Shown here piece after piece: positions 9,483-19,336 of a stretch of 64,000 nt of DNA. Positions within the stretch are counted from its first letter, which is position 1. Each line of letters begins with the position of its first letter. Origin of the DNA: a virus; the IMG/VR virus record IMGVR_UViG_3300036781_000275, positions 1 through 64,000 of that record; one strand, 5' to 3'. Made by a program: the position numbers and the translations under genes. The notes under the pieces are model-generated. The model had not been told where the DNA came from. It saw only the letters and a program-made list of their open reading frames with translations, and did no database searches.

Positions 9483-9929
9483 CTACCGTATCCCCGGCAA
9501 CGTGAGCACGTCGATCCCATCCCCGCAAAACACGTCGAAGTCACACGCCACCTCCACCGCCTTTGCGCGCATCGTGTCCGAGCGCCATAGCAGCCACAGC
9601 ATAATCGCGGCCGGATCCATCCGCGAAGAACTTCTCATGAATCGGCACCGGATACGGCTTGCCCTCGTACCGGCTCAAGCTGCCATCGGGAGCCACGACC
9701 AGTGCCCACACACGCGCTCGTCTTCCGTGTCCCCCATGTGGGGCGGCCAGCGGTCGGCGTGCGCTCCTGCCCTGAACCAGTCCATAAACGGTTCACACAG
9801 ATTGCGTCCGCTGAAACCGATCAAATGGTCATTCACGGCGTAAATCTTCGTCGCCGTCCGCCGCATGCCCTGACAAACCGTTCTCCGGTCTGCCGCGAGC
9901 ATGCGGCCATCCCACGCGATGACGGTCAC
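9483..9929 (-). pseudogene. Ntn-hydrolase (HslV/proteasome-beta-like) peptidase with two frameshifts
   Basis: MTVIAWDGRMLAADRR start; continues in another frame (VWALVVAPDG...FFADGSGRDYAVAAMALG), then returns (KAVEVACDFDVFCGDGIDVL*); indels at a GT repeat (9707-9713) and an A-run (9562-9564). Confidence 0.7.
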
Positions 9930-9933
9930 GTGG

Positions 9934-10851
9934 CTATTCTGGTCGCTTCTTGACCGACCCCCCTCGCTTGGCAGCCAGTGCCTTCGCGGCGCGGTACTTC
10001 TCAGGGATACGGAAATCTTCCGCGCTCAGCCAGACGTCGACGCCGCCCTCGCTCTGCCGGCCACCGTTCGCGCGGCCACCCGAGCCTGACGTATCGGGCG
10101 CGGGAAAGTTTTTCGCGAACTTCTTGTTCTCGCGCATCTCGGCGATTGCATCGGCGATCGTGACCGGCGCGCCGTCGAGCCCCTTCGTGCGCACGTTCCC
10201 TTCCGCGTCGACAACACGCGTCACGTAGCCCGTGCCTTCCTTGACCATCTTGAGTTGCTTGATCAGGTGCGGCAACAGTACGTCCACGTCGTCAGTCTGG
10301 CCGGCGAGCCCAGTCATCGCGCGCGCTTCGATCATTTCGGAGTGCAAGCTGACCAGCGCTTCATCGCGCTCCGCGGTGATCGTGGCGATCTGCTTCGCGG
10401 CTTCTTTCTTGACGCGTTCCTGCTCGGCCAATAGCGCGTCTTTGCCTGATGTGTCGACGCCCTTTTTGCGCAGCTCCGCCAGCTCGGCGCGTTCGGCTTG
10501 GATCTCTTCGATCGTCCCGAATTCCTCGTACCGTTTCTTTTCGTCGGCGAGTTTGCGATTCGCCTTGAGCAAGTCGTCGCGTTTTTTGATGACGCCCTGA
10601 ACTTCGCTCTCCTTGTATGTCTTCTCCGCTTTGGCCCCGGTGCCGCCCTCGCCACCGTCACCTCCGTCGCCGCCGGCCGCACCGTCGTCTCCCCCTGCGC
10701 CGCCCGTGCCGCCGCCCGTGCCGCCGCCCGCACCGCCATCGCCATCAGGAGGGAATTTGTAAAACGCCCTCGCATACCACCGACGTCCGCGCATGTCTAC
10801 CACCCGCCGCTGAGTGTGTTTGTCGGGCGTCGGGGCCGCTCCCCGCGCCAC
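9934..10851 (-). CDS. capsid scaffolding protein (start may be 10794)
   Basis: Gly/Asp-rich N-terminus, long coiled coil, C-terminal SGSGG; upstream of capsid gene. Confidence 0.75.
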   Translation of the reverse strand: MARGAAPTPDKHTQRRVVDMRGRRWYARAFYKFPPDGDGGAGGGTGGGTGGAGGDDGAAGGDGGDGGEGGTGAKAEKTYKESEVQGVIKKRDDLLKANRKLADEKKRYEEFGTIEEIQAERAELAELRKKGVDTSGKDALLAEQERVKKEAAKQIATITAERDEALVSLHSEMIEARAMTGLAGQTDDVDVLLPHLIKQLKMVKEGTGYVTRVVDAEGNVRTKGLDGAPVTIADAIAEMRENKKFAKNFPAPDTSGSGGRANGGRQSEGGVDVWLSAEDFRIPEKYRAAKALAAKRGGSVKKRPE

Positions 10852-10876
10852 TTGCTTTCAATCACGAACGGCATGG

Positions 10877-10905
10877 AGTATGCGTGCCCCTTGCGGAAAA
10901 CGCAA
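10877..10905 (-). promoter_or_regulatory. sigma70-like promoter for the scaffold gene
   Basis: TTGCGT-17 bp-CATACT. Confidence 0.5.
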
Positions 10906-10931
10906 CAGGGCAGGACGAGTTTTCTGGCGCG

Positions 10932-12002
10932 CTACGCGGCGCGCTGCTGATCTTCGCGCTGGCCTAACGGTTGCCGCGATGAGGCCGCAAGGAAATCGGC
11001 CCGCCGCGTCGCGTTGACCGGGAGCACGCTGATTACCTGCGTGCACCGGCAGTTGTAGACGCCATCGCCCGGCACCATGACGCCCCCGTCGACCGGATAT
11101 AGCTCGTTGATTCCGACTGTCGTCCCGTGGGCGTCGTGATGCTCGTCGCGTTCACGGCCGTCGAGTGTGGTCACCCACGTCTTCACGATGTCCTGCTCGT
11201 CGACGCCGGCCGCGTCCGCGAAGTTGAGCCACGCGCCGAACTGCGCGTTCTTCAGCGCGCCGAGTGAGGCCGTACGTGACCATGCCTCTGCGCGATTTGC
11301 GAGCAGCTTCCGGCCGTACGCGAGTACCATGCTGTCGATCTTTGCTTGCGTAATCGTGCCTTGCCCGGCAATCAGTTTTTCGAGTATCGAGTCATAGCGC
11401 TGATCACGGAGCGCGCGCGTCAGCACCTTCGGATCGCCAGCGATCGCGTTAATGACGTCCGCGCGAAACGATTGAATCAGCGAGTTGTCGTACGGGGTGA
11501 GCCCGATGAACTGTCGCGCCTCAACCGCCACTTGCCGCGGGTTGATGCCGGCCGCGAGTCCGCGCGAAATTACGTCGACGAACCCGGCGCGCGCCTGCCC
11601 CAAGAGCTGCGGCACCATCTGCTGCACGTAGCCAGCGAGCACTTCCTGCGCCGGCCCTATGTTCGGGTTCCATGTGAAGCGCGCCAGTGTCCCGCCGGCG
11701 GCCGTCACGATGCGCGGCAGATCGGCGTTCGACACGATCTGTCCGCCGCGGCTGAAGGTGTCCGCAATCGACCGCACGATCATCGCGGTTGCCGCGTTCG
11801 ACAGTCCTGAGCCGTACACGGCGTCGGCCGCGGCGAGCACGTTGCCTGAAGCGATCGCGTCGACGACCGCCTTGAACGCGATGTTATCCCTGATCTGCGC
11901 GATCGCCGATTCGAAGGCGCGCCGCACGACCGGCCCGCGCTCCGCGAGCAGCCGATCGAGCCGCGACAGGAGTCGCGCCTGCGTGCCGGTGAGCTGTGCC
12001 AC
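10932..12002 (-). CDS. head morphogenesis protein (Mu gpF/SPP1 gp7-like)
   Basis: KTWVTTLDGRERDEH...HG...PGD...NCRC motif. Confidence 0.85.
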   Translation of the reverse strand: MAQLTGTQARLLSRLDRLLAERGPVVRRAFESAIAQIRDNIAFKAVVDAIASGNVLAAADAVYGSGLSNAATAMIVRSIADTFSRGGQIVSNADLPRIVTAAGGTLARFTWNPNIGPAQEVLAGYVQQMVPQLLGQARAGFVDVISRGLAAGINPRQVAVEARQFIGLTPYDNSLIQSFRADVINAIAGDPKVLTRALRDQRYDSILEKLIAGQGTITQAKIDSMVLAYGRKLLANRAEAWSRTASLGALKNAQFGAWLNFADAAGVDEQDIVKTWVTTLDGRERDEHHDAHGTTVGINELYPVDGGVMVPGDGVYNCRCTQVISVLPVNATRRADFLAASSRQPLGQREDQQRAA

Positions 12003-12003
12003 G

Positions 12004-12300
12004 TTACGGCTTTTTGGTCTCCGCCTGTCGGCCCTTGATGGCTTCGACGAGCGCGCCCAAACACAGATCCTTCATGAACCGGCCGGCGGCGAATTGCGCT
12101 TGGGCTTCCGACATGCCGCCTTTCACGAGTCCGACGAAATACGCGGCGTGCATGAGGCCGAGCATCGTGGTACTCGCGGAGATTTCGCTTGCGCGCTGCG
12201 CGAGGAAGTTCGCGACGACCTCTTCGATCATGTCCCTCGCTTTTTCCCGATTCGCGTCACTCGGTTGGTCACTCATTCTCGACGACTCCCGGTCGTGCAT
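12004..12300 (-). CDS. hypothetical protein (start likely ~12276)
   Basis: in gene order, overlaps upstream stop. Confidence 0.45.
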   Translation of the reverse strand: MHDRESSRMSDQPSDANREKARDMIEEVVANFLAQRASEISASTTMLGLMHAAYFVGLVKGGMSEAQAQFAAGRFMKDLCLGALVEAIKGRQAETKKP

Positions 12301-12658
12301 CGTTGTACTCGCATTCCAGCGTCAACCGTTGATCGGTGTCCACGATGATCGTGATGATCGGCGTCGCGCCGCTCCCAAAGAGCTGCGACATCAAGGACGG
12401 CGTGAGGCCGACCGCATCGAAGTGAATCAGCCAATCACCAACTTCCTGTTCTGGCTGATCGCCGACATACACAACGGTCGCATCACAACCGGGATCCGGC
12501 GAGACGGTCGTTGAGGCGTCGCTCGCCGCGAGAAACGCCGACACCGCCTTCATCATGCTCGGGATGAGCGGCACTTTCGCGCCCGTCGTCAGATCAACCG
12601 TTTGTAGCGGCACAATCAGGTCGATGTCGTTGAGCGGACTTACCGGGATAGTCGCCAT
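12269..12658 (-). CDS. hypothetical structural protein
   Basis: 129 aa, beta-rich, RBS GGAG. Confidence 0.5.
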   Translation of the reverse strand: MATIPVSPLNDIDLIVPLQTVDLTTGAKVPLIPSMMKAVSAFLAASDASTTVSPDPGCDATVVYVGDQPEQEVGDWLIHFDAVGLTPSLMSQLFGSGATPIITIIVDTDQRLTLECEYNDARPGVVENE

Positions 12659-12668
12659 GTGGGCTCCG

Positions 12669-14300
12669 TTACGTGTTCGGCTCGATGCGTCGAATGCGAA
12701 TAATAGGGACCGTGTTGATGACGGTCACGGTTGGCGTCGTATCCAATGCCAGCACCGGCGCTGAGGTGTCGAGTAGCGCGACCGTACGCGAGACGTCGAG
12801 ATACTGGATCGCCGCCGGATCCGTCCGGTGCACGCGCGCCAGCGAGCGCCCGTAGCATCGCGCAAAGGCACGCGCCGTGCCGATCGAGATAAAGCCGGCG
12901 TCGCTGAGCGCGAACGCACGGGCCAGCGCACGCGCGGTGCCGGCCACTTCGATCGTGGTCCGTGCGTGCCCGGTCGCTCTGGAGAGCGCGCGCGCCGTGC
13001 CACGCACGTCGTCCGTGGTCGTGCTGCGGCCGACCGCGCGCGCCAGCGCCACCGCGTGCCCCGTGCAGCCGACGCGTGTTTCCGCTTGCCCGAAGGCTCG
13101 TGCCAGCGCACAGGCGGTGCCGCGAGCCGCGTCGACGTTCTCCGACTGTCCGAGAGCCCGGCCAAGCGCGCGCGCCATACCCTGCGCGGCGACTCCAGTG
13201 GCACCCGGCGCTTCCGCGCGGCTCAGGGCGCGGGCGGTGCCAGCCGTGGCCACCCGCGACGCCCCGTGGCCACTCAGCGCCCGGCTGAGCGCGCGCGCTA
13301 TGCCGGCCGATTCGAGCCGACTGGATCCGGGTCCGCCGAGTCCGCGGGCCAGCGCGCTCGCCCGCCCCGCGCACGGGATGATCGTGGTCGTAAAGCCAAG
13401 CCCAGTCCCGCGCGCGAGCGCGCGCGCTACGCCGGTGCAAGCGACGGTCGTGCCAATGATCTCCGACGTACCAACCGCGCGGCCAAGCGCGCGCGCCGTG
13501 CCCGCGCACGCAACCGTTGTTCCCGCGATCTGCGCCTGACCGTAGGCGCGCGCGAGCGCGCGAGCGGGCGCGGCCAGCGAATACAGTACGACTTCGCCCG
13601 GCGTGAATGCTCTGGCGAGCGCCCGCGCCGTGCCGGTGCATTCGACGAATGTGCCAGCCGTCGCGACGCCATAGGCGCGGGCGAGTGCGCGCGCCGGCGC
13701 GGCATAGCCGACAAGGTTGATCCCGGTCGCGAGCGCGCGCGGTAGCGCGTGCGCAATGCCAGCCGTTGGCACCGTGGTCCCGATGAGATCGCTGAGCCCG
13801 CTTGCGCGCGAGAGCGCGCGAGCGACGCCGACGCATTCGAGCCGCGTGTCACCGGGGCCAAGCCCGCGCGCGAACGTGCGTGCCGTGCCGGTGCACGGGA
13901 TGATTGTGGTCGTGAAGCTGAGCCCGGTGGCGCGTGGTAGCGTGCGCGCGAGACCGGCTGTCGCGACACGCGTCGCGCCCGGAGCGGTAACGCGACTGAG
14001 GCTGCGCGCCACGCCCGCCGTCGCGAGTCGGCTCGATCCAGCGCCGCCGAGCCCGCGCGTCAACGCTCGCGCTTTCCCGGCGCATGCTACGATGTCGCTG
14101 CCGCCGGCCGCCGTCGCCACACCGAATGCGCGCGGCAACGCCCTCGCCGGAGCTGCGTAGCCGACAAGGTTGACACTGAGCGCGAGTGCAACCGCCAACG
14201 CGCGCGCTTTGCCATTGCATGCGACGATGTTCGCCGGGTTGCCGACTTGGCCTTGCCCGACGTACGCGCTATTCGCGCCGACGACGATCCCGTTCGCCAT
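12669..14300 (-). CDS. Ala/Arg/Gly repeat protein (GxARALARAxG repeats), putative virion fibre
   Basis: more than 20 imperfect ~20-aa repeats with internal duplications. Confidence 0.65.
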   Translation of the reverse strand: MANGIVVGANSAYVGQGQVGNPANIVACNGKARALAVALALSVNLVGYAAPARALPRAFGVATAAGGSDIVACAGKARALTRGLGGAGSSRLATAGVARSLSRVTAPGATRVATAGLARTLPRATGLSFTTTIIPCTGTARTFARGLGPGDTRLECVGVARALSRASGLSDLIGTTVPTAGIAHALPRALATGINLVGYAAPARALARAYGVATAGTFVECTGTARALARAFTPGEVVLYSLAAPARALARAYGQAQIAGTTVACAGTARALGRAVGTSEIIGTTVACTGVARALARGTGLGFTTTIIPCAGRASALARGLGGPGSSRLESAGIARALSRALSGHGASRVATAGTARALSRAEAPGATGVAAQGMARALGRALGQSENVDAARGTACALARAFGQAETRVGCTGHAVALARAVGRSTTTDDVRGTARALSRATGHARTTIEVAGTARALARAFALSDAGFISIGTARAFARCYGRSLARVHRTDPAAIQYLDVSRTVALLDTSAPVLALDTTPTVTVINTVPIIRIRRIEPNT

Positions 14301-14311
14301 GCTCGCTTACG

Positions 14312-15292
14312 TCACACGAGTTCGACGGTCGCGGTTTCTACGACCAGCTCGTCCGATGCGTTGCTCACGTTCATCGTGAATTGCACGCTCAATACCCGAT
14401 CGCCGGCATTAGAGTCGACCGCCGCTGCACCCGAAAATGGGCCGCCTGTTGGTAGCGTGCCAGCCGTAGTCGGAAATGCTGGACCAATGCCAGTCGTCGC
14501 AGTCGTACGTGCCCCGATCGGGCTGATGCTGAGCATGCCGACCAACGCCTGATCGGCGTTCGCCTGCGCGCACACGTCGAACGTCAGGAACCACGCCGCG
14601 CGATCGGCGTCCGCGGTCGAGGCGGCTGACGTTACATCGAACATCGTGGTGCCACCGTAGATGATCTTGATGCGCACGGTGGGCGTGCCGCTATTCCAGA
14701 GGAAGTTTCCGCCCATGCGGACGCGCAGCGTCTTCCCCGACAAAAAGAGTCCGCTCGGGATCGTGACGCCAGACCCCGCCTTGTTGAGCGCCTCAATCGC
14801 CGACGATGTGGTGTTCGTGGTCTCGGCGGCCACCGTCTTGAAAATGGTGATCGGCCCCGATGCCTGAATGACGCGCATGTCGACAATCTGATCCGTACTG
14901 ATCGTCGTGTCTGAGGCCGGCACATACACCGCCGCAATCACCACGTCGTTCGCCGTGCGCGCCGGTGGTGCGGGGGTCGCCGATGGCGTGCCGGCGCGCA
15001 CGGCCTTCGTGCCAGAGGAATTGACCACGACGAGATCGATGCGCGGATTCGAGCCGTCCGCTGTCGTAATCGTCACGTTCCCAGCGGTGACCGGCTTGAG
15101 TATGCCGTTCGTGAGCACCGCGCCTTTCGCGACCGCGCATGTCATGTCGGGCGAGCCTTGCGCGGTGACTGCGCAGCCCGAGAGCACGCAATCGGTGCCC
15201 ACCATGCCGGCGGTGAGCACGTCGAGATATGCGCTGAACAGCACACTCTGAAAATCGCTCTGCGCGGTGCCCTTATCGGGAATCGTCCACAT
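14312..15292 (-). CDS. putative fibre/minor structural protein
   Basis: V..GCAVTAQGSPDMT.AVA.G, ADGSNPRIDLVVV, GTP...P.PP, I.D.R motifs seen in phage fibre N-termini. Confidence 0.65.
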   Translation of the reverse strand: MWTIPDKGTAQSDFQSVLFSAYLDVLTAGMVGTDCVLSGCAVTAQGSPDMTCAVAKGAVLTNGILKPVTAGNVTITTADGSNPRIDLVVVNSSGTKAVRAGTPSATPAPPARTANDVVIAAVYVPASDTTISTDQIVDMRVIQASGPITIFKTVAAETTNTTSSAIEALNKAGSGVTIPSGLFLSGKTLRVRMGGNFLWNSGTPTVRIKIIYGGTTMFDVTSAASTADADRAAWFLTFDVCAQANADQALVGMLSISPIGARTTATTGIGPAFPTTAGTLPTGGPFSGAAAVDSNAGDRVLSVQFTMNVSNASDELVVETATVELV

Positions 15293-15301
15293 GGTTCATC
15301 C

Positions 15302-16060
15302 TCAGAGTTTGATCAAGACCTTGACGTATTGCGCGAGCTGCCTGATGCGGAGCGTTGCGAGTGCGCGCGCGATCGCGATCGCCACGCCCGCTGTTGGCAC
15401 CGTCGTTGCACCGGTTGCCGGCAAGTAGGCGACGGCTAAGCCGAACCAGTTCAAATTCACGCCACAGTCCACCGTGAGCGCCGGCGAACTATCGCTGCCG
15501 ATCAGTTTGTATTGCACATAACCAGTGATGAAGCCGGTGCCGTTGTTCTGAGAAAATATCAGTGAGTCGCTAGCGGCCGTGTAGGTCAATACGCCAGAGC
15601 TATCTTCGTTGAGCAGCGAAACCACGACGCCGCCTGCATGTGCTCCTACTGCGCCGCTGCTCTCCGCTTCTGTCGATCCCGTATTTGTGACCGGCGAGCC
15701 GTCGAGCGGCGAGGCGTTGAAATTGGAATACTCGGCTGCCCCAGCAAATCCGAGATCTGAAGAGGGATCCGCTAATAGCGTCAGCGATCCGCTCCCGGTC
15801 ACCGGTACGCGCCATATCTGCTGCTTGAGGTGCCCGCTGAGTACAGAGTTCTCCGCATCCTTCACTGGCGTACCGAGGGTCGCCGTTCCAGCCGTTTTCG
15901 TTATAACAAACGACCCACCAGCACCGGCGGAGTTGAAGCTGGTTCCCGTTACGACAATCGTATTGCCATTCGTTACGTCGACCGACATAACGAGCGGTAT
16001 CGCGGCTACCGTAACCGACCATGCGGCACCCTGCGTCTGGACGCATGCGATAGAAGTCAT
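15302..16060 (-). CDS. putative beta-sandwich virion protein
   Basis: 252 aa, Ser/Thr/Gly-rich; ends with a ARALA-type motif. Confidence 0.55.
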   Translation of the reverse strand: MTSIACVQTQGAAWSVTVAAIPLVMSVDVTNGNTIVVTGTSFNSAGAGGSFVITKTAGTATLGTPVKDAENSVLSGHLKQQIWRVPVTGSGSLTLLADPSSDLGFAGAAEYSNFNASPLDGSPVTNTGSTEAESSGAVGAHAGGVVVSLLNEDSSGVLTYTAASDSLIFSQNNGTGFITGYVQYKLIGSDSSPALTVDCGVNLNWFGLAVAYLPATGATTVPTAGVAIAIARALATLRIRQLAQYVKVLIKL

Positions 16061-16067
16061 GAATCAA

Positions 16068-16760
16068 TCAAAGATTGTGAGCGGCCCACTGGCTGAATCC
16101 GTACTCGGCATTATGCCCCGCGCCTGCTGCTTCCAGATTGAAACCCATCCCCGGTGTCCCATCGGACCACTCGCTATCCGTGGCCGAGCCAATCAGCACG
16201 CCGTTCTTATACAGACTGATCACGTTGCCAATCGCGTCAGCGGTAATCGTATCGCCGGTCACGACGTTGTATTGCGATCCGCTGAATGGCGAACCGCCGA
16301 TGTAGTCGAAGTCTCCGAGATCGCCATGCCATACGACGATGATCGCGTACCCGCCGCCGCCCTGATCCATCGAGAGCGAACACTCGTATCCGCGGTTCGT
16401 ATTGGCGGAGATTGCTGAACGGAGGTTGACGATAGTGCCGGTCGCGCGCTGATTCGCCGAGAACGGCGTCGTCAGAATCGCGGTGGCGTCGCGGAACCCA
16501 CCGCTCACGTCGATCTGCTGGCGGCCGAATGCGAGTCCCGGCGTCTTCTGCACGTTGGCCCATTTGAGCCCCGTCGTGAACCCGCCCCTCCAGATGCCGC
16601 CCTCTGAAATGGGGTTCTCTGTGCCGGCAAACGCCGAGCCGTAGCCCAACAATCCGTTCGCGCGTGCGCGTGCGAGCGCACGCCCAGTTCCCAGCCCGTC
16701 TACAAACGTTTGGCTGGGAACTGGCGCAACGAGTCGGTTTCGAACACGTACGGACGGCAG
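16068..16760 (-). CDS. putative lectin/ConA-like virion protein (start uncertain)
   Basis: GDTITADAIGNVISLYKNGVLIGSATDS..SDGTPGMG; N-terminal GRALARA motif. Confidence 0.55.
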   Translation of the reverse strand: MPSVRVRNRLVAPVPSQTFVDGLGTGRALARARANGLLGYGSAFAGTENPISEGGIWRGGFTTGLKWANVQKTPGLAFGRQQIDVSGGFRDATAILTTPFSANQRATGTIVNLRSAISANTNRGYECSLSMDQGGGGYAIIVVWHGDLGDFDYIGGSPFSGSQYNVVTGDTITADAIGNVISLYKNGVLIGSATDSEWSDGTPGMGFNLEAAGAGHNAEYGFSQWAAHNL

Positions 16761-16761
16761 C

Positions 16762-17388
16762 TCAGATCTGGATGACCAGCGCGGCCGACGCGAATTCTGG
16801 CGTCGCATTCTGTGCGATCGCGAGCGCCGTGTACGGGATGAACATGGCCGCGCCTGATGCGGTCACGTCAACCGCGGATCCGCCCGACGTTGTGGAGAGC
16901 TTGAACGCGTCCGTCGTCAAACCCGACGCGAGCACGAAATACGCCGTGTTCTCTGCGAGCCCTGCTGGCAACACCGCGCCCGGCGCAGCGAGCACGAACA
17001 CGCGCTGATCCGTCGAGAGGCCATGCGCGGGCGCGGTGATCAAATCGCCCGTGTCCGCGGTGCCCACGATCGGCACATCCGAATCGAGCAGCCCGATCCA
17101 CTTGAGCGTGCCCGCCGTCGACGCGCTGTAAATGCCCCAGCCAATCGCGTTGACCGAGCCTGCGTCCGTCTTCTGGCCGCCCGTGCACGCGGAAGAGTTC
17201 GCGCGCTGACGGCCGCCCGCCGGCGACGTCGTGGCTGGTGAGCCGAACGTGATCGCGGCGCGCGCATAGCCCGCGTACGACAGCTCCGTGACGGTGCCGG
17301 CGCGGTAGTCGGTGATCGCGGACAACCACCCCACGTAATGCGAATCGAACGTGTTGAGGATGGCGTCGCGTGCTGATGTGGTAAGCAT
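16762..17388 (-). CDS. putative fibre/decoration protein
   Basis: ELSYAGYARAAITF...ANS...GIYSASTAG and LAENTAYFV..LTTDAFKLSTTSGG motifs. Confidence 0.6.
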   Translation of the reverse strand: MLTTSARDAILNTFDSHYVGWLSAITDYRAGTVTELSYAGYARAAITFGSPATTSPAGGRQRANSSACTGGQKTDAGSVNAIGWGIYSASTAGTLKWIGLLDSDVPIVGTADTGDLITAPAHGLSTDQRVFVLAAPGAVLPAGLAENTAYFVLASGLTTDAFKLSTTSGGSAVDVTASGAAMFIPYTALAIAQNATPEFASAALVIQI

Positions 17389-17440
17389 GAAATGTCTCCG
17401 AAAAGTGTGTGAGCTGTGATCCGATCAAAACACGCGAACG

Positions 17441-19174
17441 CTACGCCGCTTGCTGTCCTTTCCCCGGTGGCGGTGGCGCGCCGCCACCACCGCCCGGCCC
17501 TGCCGCTGATCCCGTCGCTTCGATGTTCGTACCGTCTGGCGTCGTGGCCGTGACGTGTACGCCTTCCGCCTCTGCGATCTTCACCCCCGACTTCGCTTCC
17601 GCGAGCATCCGGTCCTTCGTGAGCGCCGCGAGCTGCGTCAGGAGCGCATCATCGAGGCCCATGTCATCCGGCAACTTGCCGGTGCGCAGCACGTGCTGCA
17701 TCGCGGCCAAATCGATGCCGTCCTTGAGGTAAATCTCCCAGCACAGTTGCACGAACGGCAGGTTGAACTCTTCGAAGAACGACGTGTCGAATTCGAGCGA
17801 GCCGCCGGCCACGGGATCCAGTCCCATGTATGCGGCCATATCGCCCTGTGCGCCTTCGAGTGCGTCCTTGAGCGATTCGACGGCCGCCTTCAATCGGCCA
17901 TTGCGCGACCGTACCATGATCGCGACTTCCGTCGCGGTCATCGGGCTCGCGTCGGTCTTCCCTTCGAGCATGATGCCGCCCTGCAATTCCATGCGGCGTT
18001 CAAGATCGACGAGCCGCGTGCGCACTGCGCCAATGTCAACGCCAGATGTCTCCAGCATCTTCGCGTCGCCGCCCATCGGGACGTCGATGCCGTAACCGCC
18101 CATCTTCACGGTGCCTTCGCCTTTCGCTCTCGCGTCGCGGCCGATGAACACAGGCGTCGGGTTGCACATTTTGTGCATTTTTATCGCGTAATCGCTCGTG
18201 ACTTGCGTGTGCTCGACGTTCGTCTGCGCGAGCCCCCACAGATACGGCTCGCTCTTCAGCATGCCGAGCCGGCGGCCGAGGTACGCGACGCGCAGCGGAA
18301 TCGTCTTGGGGCCGCGCACGGTGCCCGACGTGTCAATCTGGATCGCGGTGCGACCGGTGCGCCGGCCATTGCTGGCCATGACGTCCTGCTCTTTCCAGAC
18401 CTCCCACGTGATTTCGCCGAGCCCAATAGGTTGCGGGTCGCCAACCGGATCGCCATCGTCGTTCATGCCGGTCGTCGTGGCCTGATCGTAAATGACTTCC
18501 TGCGTGAACACGCGGTACTGCTCGACTTCCTTCGTGCCGAAGCGTCCTTTCTTTTCTTCGATGCACTCTTTGATCACGACCTGCGCCAAGCGCTCGATGC
18601 CGCCAATGACCACGGGCACCCACGAGATGATCTGATCGGCGCGCACGACGCGCATGTACGGCCGGATCCCGCGCGTGTTGAGATCATCGAGCGTGAGATT
18701 CGATCCGACTGGCACGTTGGGATATTCCGTCAGAATCGCGACGTGCCCGTCGAGTCCTTCATCGAACGCCTGCCGCGCGAACACGTCGAGGTTTTGGCCT
18801 TCGCCGTCGATGTTCTCCAGCAGCTCAACGATCTTCTTGTCGATGTCGTCGCCGCGTTTGATGCCGCGGGCGAACACGATGCCCATCAGGCCCTGCGCGG
18901 TCTGCTCGTACGCGTCGAACGCCCACGTGATGGCGAGGCGGGCTTGATAGTCGAGCGTGTCTTCAGAGAGAAACTTGGGGAGATATTGCGCCGACTGGTT
19001 CTGCGAGTACGTCGCGTCGGGCATCATGGCGACGGAGCCGCGAAATGCCGGCGTGCCGCGGCGCACGTCGTGACAGAAGTCCCACTTCAGCTTCTGCAAG
19101 TCGTACGCGGCGCATGTCGCGTCTGGCGTATCGCCCGACGAGGCCGCGTCGGGTGTGTCGTTCGAAGATGCCAT
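17441..19174 (-). CDS. portal protein (DUF4055-like)
   Basis: 577 aa; YLPKFLSED..DYQARL, NIDGEGQNL, RPY...IISW, TATE motifs. Confidence 0.85.
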   Translation of the reverse strand: MASSNDTPDAASSGDTPDATCAAYDLQKLKWDFCHDVRRGTPAFRGSVAMMPDATYSQNQSAQYLPKFLSEDTLDYQARLAITWAFDAYEQTAQGLMGIVFARGIKRGDDIDKKIVELLENIDGEGQNLDVFARQAFDEGLDGHVAILTEYPNVPVGSNLTLDDLNTRGIRPYMRVVRADQIISWVPVVIGGIERLAQVVIKECIEEKKGRFGTKEVEQYRVFTQEVIYDQATTTGMNDDGDPVGDPQPIGLGEITWEVWKEQDVMASNGRRTGRTAIQIDTSGTVRGPKTIPLRVAYLGRRLGMLKSEPYLWGLAQTNVEHTQVTSDYAIKMHKMCNPTPVFIGRDARAKGEGTVKMGGYGIDVPMGGDAKMLETSGVDIGAVRTRLVDLERRMELQGGIMLEGKTDASPMTATEVAIMVRSRNGRLKAAVESLKDALEGAQGDMAAYMGLDPVAGGSLEFDTSFFEEFNLPFVQLCWEIYLKDGIDLAAMQHVLRTGKLPDDMGLDDALLTQLAALTKDRMLAEAKSGVKIAEAEGVHVTATTPDGTNIEATGSAAGPGGGGGAPPPPGKGQQAA

Positions 19175-19197
19175 CGTCCCCCGGATTGACGCGGGGA

Positions 19198-19227
19198 ACT
19201 ATGACGGCACGTATGCCTCTCTGTCAA
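19198..19227 (-). promoter_or_regulatory. sigma70-like promoter for the portal operon
   Basis: TTGACA-18 bp-CATAGT. Confidence 0.5.
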
Positions 19228-19336
19228 CGAGCTGTTTGGCAGCCTGAGCCGGTTTGGGCGGCCACTTTGCGCGTTTCGTCCCACCTGAACGCGACGATGG
19301 GCGGCATTTCGGCCGCCCATCTGTCACCCCGGCGAG

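Noticed and set aside
7690-9843. 717-aa plus-strand ORF (also 17555-19189, 43269-44450 and many others)
   Set aside because: Antisense shadows of clear minus-strand genes in high-GC DNA; Arg/Val/His-rich with no motifs.
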